Source of the DNA: an uncultured Spirochaetota bacterium
GTDB taxonomy: Bacteria > Spirochaetota > UBA4802 > UBA5550
DNA length: 64,000 nt
Direction: 5' to 3'
Assembly (NCBI GenBank): GCA_963827275.1
Contig: CAWHAA010000004.1
Span: 672,001 to 736,000 of the forward strand
The position numbers and the translations under genes were made by a program. Position 1 is the stretch's first letter; the number at the start of each line of letters is the position of its first letter. The notes under the pieces are model-generated. The model was not told the origin of the DNA. It was given only the letters and a program-made list of their open reading frames with translations, and searched no databases. Shown here piece after piece: positions 10,526 to 21,342 of the stretch.

Positions 10526-12502
10526 ATGCTGATGCAGTCATCCCTGCGGGCGAAGCTTCAGGAAGCGTTCCGGCTCCGGATGTTTTTTTTCATGGCGGTT
10601 ACGATCGTGGCGTTTTCGCTCCTCGTCCTCCAGATCATCAACCTCCAGCTCATCCAGGGAAAGGAATACAAGGCCAAGGCCCGGCTCAACATGGAGAGCA
10701 ATGTCCCCATCCCGGCAGCGCGGGGCGACATCTATGACCGGAACTTCAAGGAAGGCGAGAAGAACGTGGTCATTGTCTCCAACAGGGCGTCGTTCAACAT
10801 CACCACCATCCCGGCAAAGTTCAAATCAAAAAAAAAATTGTATGAGATCCTCGACCTCCTTGCGCTGCTCCTGAACATCGACAGCAACGAGATCAAGAAC
10901 GAGATCAACAGCGGCAATCCCTGGGAGCGGATTGTCATCAAGGAAGACGTCGAATTCGAAACCATCGTGAAGATCGCGTCGCACCAGGACAGGTTCCCCA
11001 ACATTGACTGGGAGGACGCGTCGGTGCGGGTCTACAACTTCAGCGAGATGTTCGCCCACCTCATCGGTTACGTGGGGAGCATCAGCCAGAATGAGTACCG
11101 GCGTCTCAAGACCGAGGGATATAAGCATTACCAGAAGATAGGGAAGGCCGGCATCGAAAAGCGGTACGACCCGCTCCTGCGCGGAAAGGACGGGTACGTG
11201 CGCCGGATCGTCGACGTGCGTCAGCGCACCGAGGGAGAGGAGGTGGGCCAGCGGCCGGTGGCCGGCGACAACCTGGTCCTCACCATCGATTACAACATCC
11301 AGAGCACCGCATACGAGGCGATGAAGGACATGAAGGGCGCGGCCATCGTGCTGAAGCCCGCCACCGGCGAGATCATCGCGCTGGTGAGCAAGCCGGATTT
11401 CGACCCGAACCTTATCATCTCGAAGAACAACACCGATATCATCAGGCAGCTTCAGACCGATAAAGAGCGGCCGTTCCTGAACCGCGTGATCCAGTCCAAG
11501 TACCCTCCCGCGTCGACCTTCAAGCTGGTGACCGCCGTGTCGGCCCTTGAAACGGAGAAGGCGACCCCCGACAAGACGTATTTCTGCCCCGGCAAGTACA
11601 CCCTCAAGGGATACCGGGACCATGATTTTTACGACTATGACGCCCACGGGACCGTGGACCTCTACTGGGCCATCGCGAAGTCATGCAGCGTCTATTTTTA
11701 CCAGCTCGGGCTCCTCACCGGCCCGTCGGTCCTGATGCGCTACGCGGAGGATTTCGGCCTCAACCAGAAGTCCGGCATCGATATACCGGGCGAAGTCGCC
11801 GGGTTCGTGCCGTCGCGGCAGTGGAAGTACAAGGCCTTCGGTCAGCCGTGGTTCGACGGCGACACGGTGAACATGTCGATCGGGCAGGGCTTCCTCCACG
11901 TGACCCCGATGGGGATGTGCAATTTCATCGCCGCCCTCGTCAATAACGGCATCGTGTATGGGCCGCACCTGGTGCGCGAGATCAGGGCAAACGACAACAG
12001 CAGGGTGATAAAGTCTTTCGGGCGCCGGAAGATACGGGAAATCCCCCTGTCGCCGCTGACCCTGCAGGCGGTCAAGAAGGGGATGCGGCTCGGCGTCACG
12101 AGCGGCACCTCGGGGCGGCTCGGCTACCTCAAGGTCCCCGTGGCGGGCAAGACCGGGACGGCCCAGACACGGTCGATCCGCCTTGAAAAATTTTCACAGC
12201 ATGCCTGGTTCGTCGGCTTCGCGCCCTACGACGGCCCGGTGGAGAACGCCGTCGCGGTCGTCATCCTGGTGGAATACGGCGTTGCCGGCGCAGCGAGCGC
12301 GGTCCCGATCGCGGAGCGTGTTTTCGCAAAGATGTATGACCTCGGGTATTTTACTGCCGCGGCACCGCCCGCGGTGAAGAAGGCGGAGACGCCGGTACAA
12401 CAGCTCCCGGGCGCGCCGGCACCGGCCGTCCCTGCGGCAGGCGGCAATCGCCGGGCAGCCGTGCCGCCGAATAAGCCGGCGGACGTGAAACAGGTCCCCT
12501 GA
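10526..12502 (+). CDS. mrdA: Penicillin-binding protein 2
   Basis: ARGDIYDR, STFK (SxxK), SCS at the SxN position, KTGT; Pro/Ala-rich tail. Confidence 0.95.
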   Translation: MLMQSSLRAKLQEAFRLRMFFFMAVTIVAFSLLVLQIINLQLIQGKEYKAKARLNMESNVPIPAARGDIYDRNFKEGEKNVVIVSNRASFNITTIPAKFKSKKKLYEILDLLALLLNIDSNEIKNEINSGNPWERIVIKEDVEFETIVKIASHQDRFPNIDWEDASVRVYNFSEMFAHLIGYVGSISQNEYRRLKTEGYKHYQKIGKAGIEKRYDPLLRGKDGYVRRIVDVRQRTEGEEVGQRPVAGDNLVLTIDYNIQSTAYEAMKDMKGAAIVLKPATGEIIALVSKPDFDPNLIISKNNTDIIRQLQTDKERPFLNRVIQSKYPPASTFKLVTAVSALETEKATPDKTYFCPGKYTLKGYRDHDFYDYDAHGTVDLYWAIAKSCSVYFYQLGLLTGPSVLMRYAEDFGLNQKSGIDIPGEVAGFVPSRQWKYKAFGQPWFDGDTVNMSIGQGFLHVTPMGMCNFIAALVNNGIVYGPHLVREIRANDNSRVIKSFGRRKIREIPLSPLTLQAVKKGMRLGVTSGTSGRLGYLKVPVAGKTGTAQTRSIRLEKFSQHAWFVGFAPYDGPVENAVAVVILVEYGVAGAASAVPIAERVFAKMYDLGYFTAAAPPAVKKAETPVQQLPGAPAPAVPAAGGNRRAAVPPNKPADVKQVP

Positions 12503-12542
12503 GCGCCGGGTCGGCCCGGCAGAACTGTGACGAGAGGAAGCG

Positions 12543-13862
12543 ATGTTATTCAGCAAAGAAGGATTGAGCAGGATCGATTACAGCCTGGTGCTTGCGGTGG
12601 TGCTGGTTGTCGTCATCGGCATACTGATGATCTATAGCGCCGGCTTTGACCCGATCGACAAGGTGAACAGCGGGCTGTACCGCAAGCAGGTCCTCTGGTT
12701 TATCTTCGGGTTCATCCTGATGGTGGGGCTCACCATCATCAATTACCAGGTGCTGGGAGAATTTTCGCTCTATATCTACGGGGTGCTGATTGTCCTCCTG
12801 GTCATAACCACCTTATTCGGCAGGCCGGTCCGCAATACCAGGGCCTGGCTCGATTTTGGCGTTATCGCGATACAGCCCTCGGAATTCATGAAACTCGCCC
12901 TGGTCATCGTGCTCGCGAAATACCTGGAGATCCGCGAGCGCGATATCGTGCGCCTCCGTGAGCTGGTCGTCCCGACCCTCCTGACCTTTGTGCCGGTGCT
13001 CATAATCCTGAAGCAGCCCGATTTCGGCACCGCGATCATCTTCATCCCGATCCTGCTCACGATGCTCTTTGTCGGCGGCGCCGATATCACGCACCTGATC
13101 TCAATCGTATTGATCGCCGCCATCGCCATGGTCGTGCCGATGATCCTGACCTACCGGGAATGGATCGGCGCAGAAGGGTCGAATTTCCTCCTTGATTTCT
13201 TCAAGGACGTGAACCTTATTCTCATCGTCTCGAGCGTCCTGCTTGTGATCACCGTGGCGGCCTTCGTCCTCCATTTCTTTTCGGTTAAAAAGTTTTTACG
13301 GAAAATATATATACCCGGCGTGGTGATATCGCTCGGCCTCATGGCATCGGTCGTTATACAGAACCTCTTCAAGGTGTACCAGAAGAGAAGGATCCTGGTT
13401 TTCCTCAACCCGGACCTCGACCCGCAGGGGTCCGGCTACAACATCATACAATCGAAGATCGCGATCGGCTCGGGGGGATTTTTCGGGAAGGGCTTCCTGA
13501 AGGGCTCCCAGTCCCAGCTCGGCTTTCTCCCGGAGAAGACGTCGGATTTCATCTTTTCCGTGGTCGCGGAAGAGTGGGGGTTCTTCGGTGGCATCGTGCT
13601 GCTCGGGCTCTTCGGCTTTATCATCTTCAAATGCATTCAGACCGCCTTCGAGGCCAAGGACAAGTTCGGGGCCCTGCTGGCGAGCGGCATAACGACCATA
13701 TTCTTCTTCCATATACTGGTCAATATCGGCATGGCGGTCGGTATCATGCCGGTCACGGGGCTGCCGCTCTGCTTCGTGTCGTACGGCGGCTCGAACCTGC
13801 TCATGTCCATGATCTGCGTGGGCATCATGCTGAACATCAGGGCCAGGAAGCTCATATACTGA
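12543..13862 (+). CDS. rodA: Rod shape-determining protein RodA (SEDS)
   Basis: IQPSEFMK, QPDFGT, GYNIIQSKIAIGSGG, SDFIFS, SYGGS. Confidence 0.95.
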   Translation: MLFSKEGLSRIDYSLVLAVVLVVVIGILMIYSAGFDPIDKVNSGLYRKQVLWFIFGFILMVGLTIINYQVLGEFSLYIYGVLIVLLVITTLFGRPVRNTRAWLDFGVIAIQPSEFMKLALVIVLAKYLEIRERDIVRLRELVVPTLLTFVPVLIILKQPDFGTAIIFIPILLTMLFVGGADITHLISIVLIAAIAMVVPMILTYREWIGAEGSNFLLDFFKDVNLILIVSSVLLVITVAAFVLHFFSVKKFLRKIYIPGVVISLGLMASVVIQNLFKVYQKRRILVFLNPDLDPQGSGYNIIQSKIAIGSGGFFGKGFLKGSQSQLGFLPEKTSDFIFSVVAEEWGFFGGIVLLGLFGFIIFKCIQTAFEAKDKFGALLASGITTIFFFHILVNIGMAVGIMPVTGLPLCFVSYGGSNLLMSMICVGIMLNIRARKLIY

Positions 13863-13875
13863 CCCCCCAGCGGCG

Positions 13876-14664
13876 ATGGCAGAATATATGACAAGTGCGT
13901 CACATGCCCGGTTATATGGATGGTTGCTGATCCTCCTTTTCTGCCGGTGCGCGTTTGCCGGCAGCGACCGTGACCTTTACGGCAGCATATCTCCCGATGA
14001 CTATGTGACCGGCAGGTTCAATCCCGCCCGGCATGAGCTGTTTGTCTCCCTCACCGGTACCGGCATTCCGACGAACGGGTCTCCGCACAGGCTCCGCCGC
14101 GAGGCGGCGGCGGCCCTGAAGGAGCTTTACACGGCCTTCCGGAAAGACCACCCTGCGGCGCCCTTCTGGGTGCAGAGCTCCACCCGGAGCTTCGCTGACC
14201 AGAAATACATATGGGAAAGCAAATGGACAGGCCGCACCCCGGTGAACGGGATTAACCTTGCAACGGCGGTAGCGGACCCGCTGAAAAGGGCGCTCGAAAT
14301 CCTGAATTATTCTTCCATGCCCGGCACGTCGCGCCACCACTGGGGGACCGATTTCGATCTGAACGTCCTCTCGGATGAGTACTTCACGAAGGGTGATGGA
14401 AAAATATTGTACCGGTGGATGGCCGAATACGCGCCGCGGTACGGGTTCTGCCAGCCGTACACGGCCGGGAGGAGGTCCGGCTACCGCGAGGAGAAATGGC
14501 ACTGGTCATACGCGCCCCTTGCCCGGCCGTACCTCGCCCGCTGGAACGAATCCTACCGCAGGGACCCCGGGGTGTTTTCCCGCAGCGGGCTCTTCCGCGG
14601 CTCTGATATCGCGGGAACGCTGGCGCCGGTGTTCGTGAATTCGATAAACGCCGCGTGCGAGTGA
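13876..14664 (+). CDS. M15 family D-Ala-D-Ala carboxypeptidase (VanY-like)
   Basis: SSTRSF, PGTSRHHWGTDFD, EEKWHW; signal peptide. Confidence 0.85.
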   Translation: MAEYMTSASHARLYGWLLILLFCRCAFAGSDRDLYGSISPDDYVTGRFNPARHELFVSLTGTGIPTNGSPHRLRREAAAALKELYTAFRKDHPAAPFWVQSSTRSFADQKYIWESKWTGRTPVNGINLATAVADPLKRALEILNYSSMPGTSRHHWGTDFDLNVLSDEYFTKGDGKILYRWMAEYAPRYGFCQPYTAGRRSGYREEKWHWSYAPLARPYLARWNESYRRDPGVFSRSGLFRGSDIAGTLAPVFVNSINAACE

Positions 14665-14694
14665 GCCGCCGCGGCCCCGCCCCTTACTGCACGC

Positions 14695-15438
14695 TTAATT
14701 GAGGAAGGTCCTGAACCCGAGGTTCATCGATGCGCCGGCCGTGTCATAGTTGAATATGCCCGACCTGGTGTTGAAATAGGTGACGATGTGCAGCCCGACG
14801 TCCATGCGCGTTGTTTCGGTGATTTTCACGAGAAACCCGAACCCGATGTTGATGGTCAGCGAATTGAGGGTGAAATCGCGGTTGGTGCGGCTCAGGACCG
14901 ACGAACCGCTCAGCTGGAACTTGCGCAGGCTGTACCCGAGCCCCGCCGAGAGGTAGGGCGAATAGGGGAACGCGTTGATGTCGAGGAACGAGTAGCTGAA
15001 CCTGAAGGGAAGGTCGAACTCGTAGATCCGCCCGCTGATTTTTGTCCTCACCAGGTTGTCAAGCGACCAGCCCTTCTTGGCCCTCAATGACTGGGCGTTC
15101 GTGAATACAAACGCCGGTGACATTGTGACGAGGTACCGGTCGTACTGGACGCCGAGGGGTGCGGACAGGATGACGCTCGCGAAGCCCTCCCGGACCTCGA
15201 TGCCGCCGCCGGCGCCCAGGATGGCGCGGGGCCTCAGGCGGTCCAACTCGCTCTTCTGGAGATCGCGGACCGTGCCCCTGCGTTGCGCACCGCTTTCACC
15301 GTCCCTCAGGTACTGTGCGATTATTACACTCTGTCCCCCGTCAGCCGCGGGGGCCGGTCCCGCGGCGGAATGGACGGTCAGCAGGATAAGAAATGCCGCC
15401 GATAACGCGGCAACGGTCGTAACGCCTGGTCTTGCCAT
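14695..15438 (-). CDS. Putative outer-membrane beta-barrel protein
   Basis: Signal peptide; amphipathic strands (PYLSAGLGYS, MNLGFRTF). Confidence 0.55.
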   Translation of the reverse strand: MARPGVTTVAALSAAFLILLTVHSAAGPAPAADGGQSVIIAQYLRDGESGAQRRGTVRDLQKSELDRLRPRAILGAGGGIEVREGFASVILSAPLGVQYDRYLVTMSPAFVFTNAQSLRAKKGWSLDNLVRTKISGRIYEFDLPFRFSYSFLDINAFPYSPYLSAGLGYSLRKFQLSGSSVLSRTNRDFTLNSLTINIGFGFLVKITETTRMDVGLHIVTYFNTRSGIFNYDTAGASMNLGFRTFLN

Positions 15439-15612
15439 TGGTGCAACCTCGCTGTATCAAGGGTACGATACCTGCCCGCATAAAATCAAGCAAAATAAGG
15501 ACCACCATCGCCGGACCGGGGAAATTGCGCCTGCCGGGGCCGGACATGTTTTACTTGACGGTACGGGGGGCAGGTAGTAGTGATGAACCTTGGCATTATC
15601 AAGGGAACGGAC

Positions 15613-16269
15613 ATGACTCCATTATTACGGGGCGCTATCATCATCCTGCTGGGGGCGGTCGCGGTCTGCGCTGCCGGCCCGGCCGGTGATTCATGGAAAA
15701 AAACAGGCGAAACGCGGGACGGCATCGTGATCCATACCCGCGTGATGCCGGGCTCGCGGGTCCGCGAGCTCAGGGCCAATTGCATCATGGAGGCCGCGCC
15801 GATGCACGTGTGGCAGGCGGTCCTGGACAGGGAAACATACCGGGACTCGGCGAAATACGTGAAGATCGACAGGGTCTTCAGGACGGAGAACGAAGATGTC
15901 TGGTATAACTACCAGCTGCTCGAGGCCCCCATGCTGGACAGGCGGGATTATACTCTCCGCTATGAAAGCCGCCGCGACCCGGGCAGGATGCAGTACCGTC
16001 TGGACTGGCGGGCGGTGAATGATTTCGGCCCGGCGCCCGGGAAGGGCGTGGTGCGGCTCGCCGTGTGCGACGGCTCATTCGAGATAGAGCCGCGCGAGGG
16101 CGGGAAGAAGGCCTTCGTCACCTACTGGGTATGCGTTGATCCGGGAGGGCAGGTGCCGGCATGGGCCGCCAATCTTGCCAACCGGTCAAGCCTCCCGGAC
16201 TTTTTGAGGGCCGTGAGAAAGCAGAGCTATAAATTCAGGGACCGTGCCGGGCAGGCCGATGAAAAATAG
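15613..16269 (+). CDS. START-domain lipid-binding protein
   Basis: DGIVIHTR, APMLDRRDY, GVVRL, DPGGQVPAWAAN. Confidence 0.8.
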   Translation: MTPLLRGAIIILLGAVAVCAAGPAGDSWKKTGETRDGIVIHTRVMPGSRVRELRANCIMEAAPMHVWQAVLDRETYRDSAKYVKIDRVFRTENEDVWYNYQLLEAPMLDRRDYTLRYESRRDPGRMQYRLDWRAVNDFGPAPGKGVVRLAVCDGSFEIEPREGGKKAFVTYWVCVDPGGQVPAWAANLANRSSLPDFLRAVRKQSYKFRDRAGQADEK

Positions 16270-16345
16270 GCGTGGCGCGGCCTGTGTGCGAGCCCGGTCA
16301 AATCGCATGACGTTCCCAACATGTAACGAAGGCTGAAAAAAAGGA

Positions 16346-17005
16346 ATGGGCGATACAGGCGAACTGTACAACGAGATGAATACCTATGTGATGCCGGCGC
16401 CCAACCAGGTCCGCTTCATCACCGGCGGCCAGACCCTGACCCTGGTCATGGGGTCGTGCATCTCGACCGTGTTCATCGGGAGGAACACGCGCTACGTCGC
16501 GGCGGCGAACCATATCATGATTGCCCGTCAGCGGCAGGGGAGCGTCATCGCCACGCGTGATGCGCGCGTGCAGATCGACGAAATCATCGACATGTATCGC
16601 GCCCGGTTTGACATCCGGCAGGGTGACCTGCGGTGCCTTCACCTGGTGGGGGGGGGAAGGAAGACCGCCGATGAATCGTTCACGATCCATCTTGAAAACA
16701 TCAGCGAAACGCGATCCATCCTGGCGGAAAAAAAGATCGGCGTCATGTTCGATGATACCCGGAGCCATTATTTTGCCTCCTATTCCCTGGGCGACGGCAT
16801 GATGTCGGTGTTCATCGAGGACCAGCTGGGGGGCTCGCACCTGTCCTATATCATTGACCTCGGACGGCTTTTCGACCTTGATCCGTCGCGCGCCGCGGCC
16901 CTCCCCGCGTCGGCCCTCAAGCCGGCGAACGCGGGCTTCGAGGAATTAGTGGAACGGGGCGTCATCACCTTTATCACCGGTCTGAGGAACCGGCCCGATC
17001 AGTGA
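16346..17005 (+). CDS. CheD-like deamidase with C-terminal extension
   Basis: LVMGSCISTV, ANHIM, LVGGG, EN motif as in CheD. Confidence 0.6.
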   Translation: MGDTGELYNEMNTYVMPAPNQVRFITGGQTLTLVMGSCISTVFIGRNTRYVAAANHIMIARQRQGSVIATRDARVQIDEIIDMYRARFDIRQGDLRCLHLVGGGRKTADESFTIHLENISETRSILAEKKIGVMFDDTRSHYFASYSLGDGMMSVFIEDQLGGSHLSYIIDLGRLFDLDPSRAAALPASALKPANAGFEELVERGVITFITGLRNRPDQ

Positions 17006-17057
17006 GGATATGCGCCGGTCCCGCCGGCGTGCCGGTGCTGCCGCCCCTGCGGGCGCG

Positions 17058-17417
17058 CTACATGGTGCCCGCAATCGCATTGCCCGCGGCGATCAGCTTT
17101 TCCGCGCCGTCGAAGTCGTACGAGCCGTCTTTGGTCCGGTTCCGAAGCTCCTGGACCTTCTGGCGGCGCTCCAGGTCCGGCATGCGTTCCGCCATCATCA
17201 TCAGTTCGCCGACGGCAAGGGAAAGCCGGAACCCGGCCTTCACCAGGGGCGAGCTGTTTCTCTCGCGGAGCAGGTCCCTGGCCTCCTGAGAGATATCAAC
17301 CCGGTCCACTCCCCTGTCTTCATCCCGGGTTCTCCTGATGAACCTGGGCGAGCGCTCCGGGGCGGTGTTGACCGCATGGTAGAAGTGAATGTAATCAGTG
17401 GTTTTGTTGATAATCAT
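17058..17417 (-). CDS. FlgM-like anti-sigma-28 factor
   Basis: DRVDISQEA and RRQKVQELRNRTKDGSYDFD match FlgM conserved blocks; sigma-28 promoter upstream. Confidence 0.65.
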   Translation of the reverse strand: MIINKTTDYIHFYHAVNTAPERSPRFIRRTRDEDRGVDRVDISQEARDLLRERNSSPLVKAGFRLSLAVGELMMMAERMPDLERRQKVQELRNRTKDGSYDFDGAEKLIAAGNAIAGTM

Positions 17418-17457
17418 GATAATACTCCAGTTTTATACAATCATTGTGACAGTATAT

Positions 17458-17484
17458 ATATCGGAGTATATACACATATGTTTA
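17458..17484 (-). promoter_or_regulatory. Sigma-28 (FliA)-type promoter
   Basis: TAAA-N15-TCCGATAT vs consensus TAAA-N15-GCCGATAA. Confidence 0.65.
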
Positions 17485-17660
17485 GCTATTTTATGTGTAG
17501 TATAAATTTTTTTTTGAATTTTTTTACAACAGTACCGCGGAACGGTACGAGCGGCCAAATCTCCTGGTAACGTCGATCGGCGGTACATCCTTCTGACGGC
17601 GGGGAGAAACCGGCTGATTCGCGGTGCGATGTTCACACGGCGAACCAGCCGCGGACACGG

Positions 17661-17981
17661 TCATTTGAATTTCTGAAGTTCTTTCTGGATATCGAGCGGG
17701 GAAATCCCTTTTGACATAAGGCATTTCACGATGTTGGCGGTGCTCATGCCGAGCTTCTGCCCGTCCTCATTGGATACTTTCGCCTTCGTCTCTTTCATTT
17801 CCTCAACTATGGCCATGAAGTTTTTGAATTCCCTGTCGGCGCACACCTTGTCGGCGCATGCGCATGCCTGTTTCTCTAAATCGGCCAATTTATTGACATA
17901 TGAACCGCCCTTTTTACATCCGGGCGCCATCATCACGAACCCGGCGACAACCAGTGCTGTTGCAGTTTTTATTATTTTCAT
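17661..17981 (-). CDS. Small Cys-containing lipoprotein
   Basis: Lipobox MAPGC, CACADKVC; RBS AAGGAG. Confidence 0.7.
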   Translation of the reverse strand: MKIIKTATALVVAGFVMMAPGCKKGGSYVNKLADLEKQACACADKVCADREFKNFMAIVEEMKETKAKVSNEDGQKLGMSTANIVKCLMSKGISPLDIQKELQKFK

Positions 17982-18108
17982 TTTTACCGTGACTCCTTTT
18001 TTGCTATTTGCGGCGCATCATGCATTCGCCATGATTGATGCTGTGCATGAATTCTGAATAGTCAAGACTTAAATATACCTTCTAGTATTTTAGAGATTTA
18101 TTTTTAAG

Positions 18109-18235
18109 GCATGGCGGTCGTCCCGGCGAGAAGGCGACACGGACGTCGCCGATTCCGCCGAGTCAATCCCGATTCATTAAAAGAAAAGACGGAATCGGGA
18201 TTATACGAGGCGGACGAGCGGGATGACCGCTATGC
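18109..18235 (+). other. Long multi-stem inverted-repeat element (ncRNA or MITE candidate)
   Basis: 17-bp terminal stem with two G-U pairs, inner 6-, 6- and 11-bp stems. Confidence 0.5.
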
Positions 18236-18239
18236 TATT

Positions 18240-21162
18240 TTACAAATACCGTTTCGTCTGTAGAATATCACCGGAGCCGGAGCCGATCCCGAAGATGAAG
18301 TCGAAACCGTACGGATGCTTGTACTCGTCGTGGTGGTCGAACCGGTAATAGCCCCTGACCCCCAGCACCAGCGGCGTCTCGATGGTGAAGAGATGAATCT
18401 CGGCGTACAGCTCGAGGCCGGCCGAGCGGAAATAGGCTTTTTCCTGCATCGCGTAGTCCCCGAACAGGTTTGCGTAGAAGCGCTTGAAGTGCAGCACGTG
18501 CACCAGGTTCCAGTCGGGGTTGAAGATGGGGAACAGGTAGTTGGCGCACGCCTTCCAGGTGGTTTCAGAGAATTCGTACACGTACCCGCGCGCGAAGCGC
18601 ATCTGGGCCGGGAAGCGGTACTCGTGCGGCCTCTGCATCTCGTACCCGCCCTGGAAGAACAGGCTGTGGTTTTTCAGAATGCCGGGGAACCAGAGGGTGC
18701 CGCTTATTGACAGGAGGCTGCCGTAGTTCGCGCCGTTGAAGGGGGTATGCCGGTAGACAATATCGACAGACTGCCCCCATGCCGGGTTGATGTCGCCGAA
18801 CCACCGGTAACCGTTGTAGAGGCTCGCGAAATAGGTCAGGGGGATGAACCGCCCGTTGTGGTACCGGTCCGGCGTATAATACACCGCGGGATACTCCATG
18901 CCCTCCGCCAGGATATAGCTGCCCCTGACGCCGACCGAGAGGCGCGTGTCGAACCTGCTGCAGGTGAGATTGAACGGGAGGGTGATCCCCAGGGACGGCC
19001 GGAGCTCGCTCCAGGTGTAGGAAAACGTTTTTTTGTAAAGGCCGTAGTACATCGAAATCTCGTAGGTGGAGGAGCGGCCGCCGTAGAAGAGGGCGGCGTC
19101 AAACACGGGATAGAGGCCGGCATAGCGTATGCCAAGCATGCCGCCGTGGGTGTTCTCGTTCCAGTTGTAGACATAGCCGGCGGACACCTCCGCGGTGCCG
19201 AGGAGGTTCTGCGATGAGACGGTGAGCGACAGCTCGTTCGAAAAAGGGTCCGCCATCGGGAGCCAGCTGTGCGGAACGAGCAGCGGAGTGAAATCGTGGA
19301 AGTTCCGCGGCTCATACGCGCCATCGGGAATGTCCTTCGTGATGTCCCCGGCGTCCTCCTGCGCCATGAGCGGCTCATGGTAGCGGATGCCCCGGTCTTC
19401 GACCTTCTCAATGGGCACCCATCGGGACGGATCGAGGGGCATCTCCACCGCGGTGTAGCCGTCTGCCGTCACGTCGTTGAAGGCGAGGCGGGTGCCGTCG
19501 GGGGACAGCGCGGGGTAGTAGGCGCCGAATTTCCTGGAGGTCACCTGGAATATTTTTTTCGACTGTATGCTGACCGCGTAGATGTTGTCGATCCCGGAAT
19601 AGGGAGACACGAAAAAGACATGCCGCCCGTCGGAGACGGGATAATAAATATTGAGCGCCGAATAGGGGACGAGGTCGGTCGAGGCCCCGGTATCCGTGTC
19701 GAGAAGGGATAGCGTCTTTCCCTTCAGCCGGTGGGTCTTCGTAAAAACGATCGATATGCCGTCGAGCGACCAGTGGGGCGTCTGAATGAATTCGTTGTGC
19801 GGGTTCGGGAACCGTGACAGCTCGGCGCCGGATTCCGCGTCAAGAAGGACCAGGGCGCATTCGTTGGCGACGGTGAATTCCACCGCGGCGATCTTTTTGC
19901 CGTCAGGGGAGAGGGCCGGCGCGAATAACCGCGTCTTCTTCGTAAGGAACTTTTTCTTTTTTGCCGCCAGGTCGTAGATGACGATTACGGAAAAGCTCTG
20001 CTGCCCCCAGCGGAGGTCGGGTATCGTCTCGGCCCAGACGACCCGTGGGCCGCCGACCGACGGCGCCGTGAAGTTGATTGTTCCCGGGTGGCAGAGACGT
20101 GCCTCCCTGCCGGTAGCGGGGTCTATCTTCATGAGCGTGTAAATGTCCTTCATGCCGTAGCGCAGGGTGATGATGCTCCCGTCAGGGGCGTACTGCGGCG
20201 CGTTGTTGTAGGTCCAGTTCTTCGGGTCGGTTTTATGCAGGGGGCTCGCGTCGGTGAGGGCAAGCCCCTCGATCTGTCCGCGCCAGAGGCGCTCCAGCTC
20301 GTCCATGGTCTCGTTGTATATGGAGTACCCGCTGCTCCCGGTCTGGGATATCAGCATGAAGTCGAACCAGTGCGGGACAAAGGGGCACCAGGCCGATCGC
20401 TTCATCACCTCCGCCCAGACGCCGGGGCCCCATTTCCGCCTCACGTGGGTGGTCAGGTAGTAGCCCATCAGGTAGGGCGAGGAGAGGGGGTCCCAGTCTC
20501 TGTACGAGCCGAACATCGCCTTGAAATACTTGTATCTTTTTCCGGAAAGGAGGAGGGCGCGGAGCTCGACGTCGAATTCAGGGATGCGTCCCCGGCCGCT
20601 TGAGGTGAGGAAGGTCTCCGCGCCGACCGCGTCCCCCTCGAGGAACCAGGTCGGCACCGAGAGGCGTTCCGCCACGGCAAGGCCCGCTTCGCCGAAGAGC
20701 ACATATACCGCCCTGTTGAACCCGCGGTTCAACCCGTCCAGCTGCACGATGTGCCTGAACTCATGGATCGCGAGCTCGGTGTACCAGTCGTTCGTGCCGG
20801 CGAATGACTTCTGGGGCGGGGTGTTCCACCACTGGGACCGGCGCGGCATGAGCGCCGCAAAGCCGTTCGATTCGGTTGACCGCGTGTAGAGAAGCACCGG
20901 GAGCCGCCGCTTCGGCATGAACTTCAGGCCCGCGGAGACGCGGGGGTACGCGTGCTCCAGGGTCGCCGCCACTCTCTGCGCGTCTTTCTCTATCCCGGCG
21001 GGGTAGATGACCGTAAAGTGCGCGGTGGTGATGGACCGCCACGTGATGCAGGGCGGGTTCTGGTCTGGCGGTGATGGCGCGGGCCGGCGCAGGCAGCGCC
21101 AGCGCGGCGAGTGCGATCATCAGGGCCGCTGCTATTGTTCGGGCGTTCAATTCCGTACGCAC
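18240..21162 (-). pseudogene. Exported zincin (HExxH) + TolB-like beta-propeller + C-terminal beta-barrel protein; +1 frameshift after the signal peptide (~21065-21075)
   Basis: Signal peptide ORF 21162; the shifted frame reads DQNPPCITWRSITTAHFTVIYP into ORF 20972; HEFRH, WFLEGDAV, PALSPDG repeats. Confidence 0.7.
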
Positions 21163-21342
21163 CTGTATATCACCGTGATGTCATGGATGTTGATGTACGG
21201 GGGCCCATGCCCCGCAGAAGCAGCGGGGCGGGCGGCCGTCTGCGCAGTATAGTGGAGCGGCAATAAAAATTTAAAGCTATTTTTTATTTCACGCCGCGCG
21301 CGCGGGCCGGTAATCCGCGGCCATGCAGCCGCGGGGGCCGGG

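Noticed and set aside
13876..14664. Vancomycin resistance gene
   Set aside because: Lone VanY-family peptidase following rodA; no vanHAX or vanRS.
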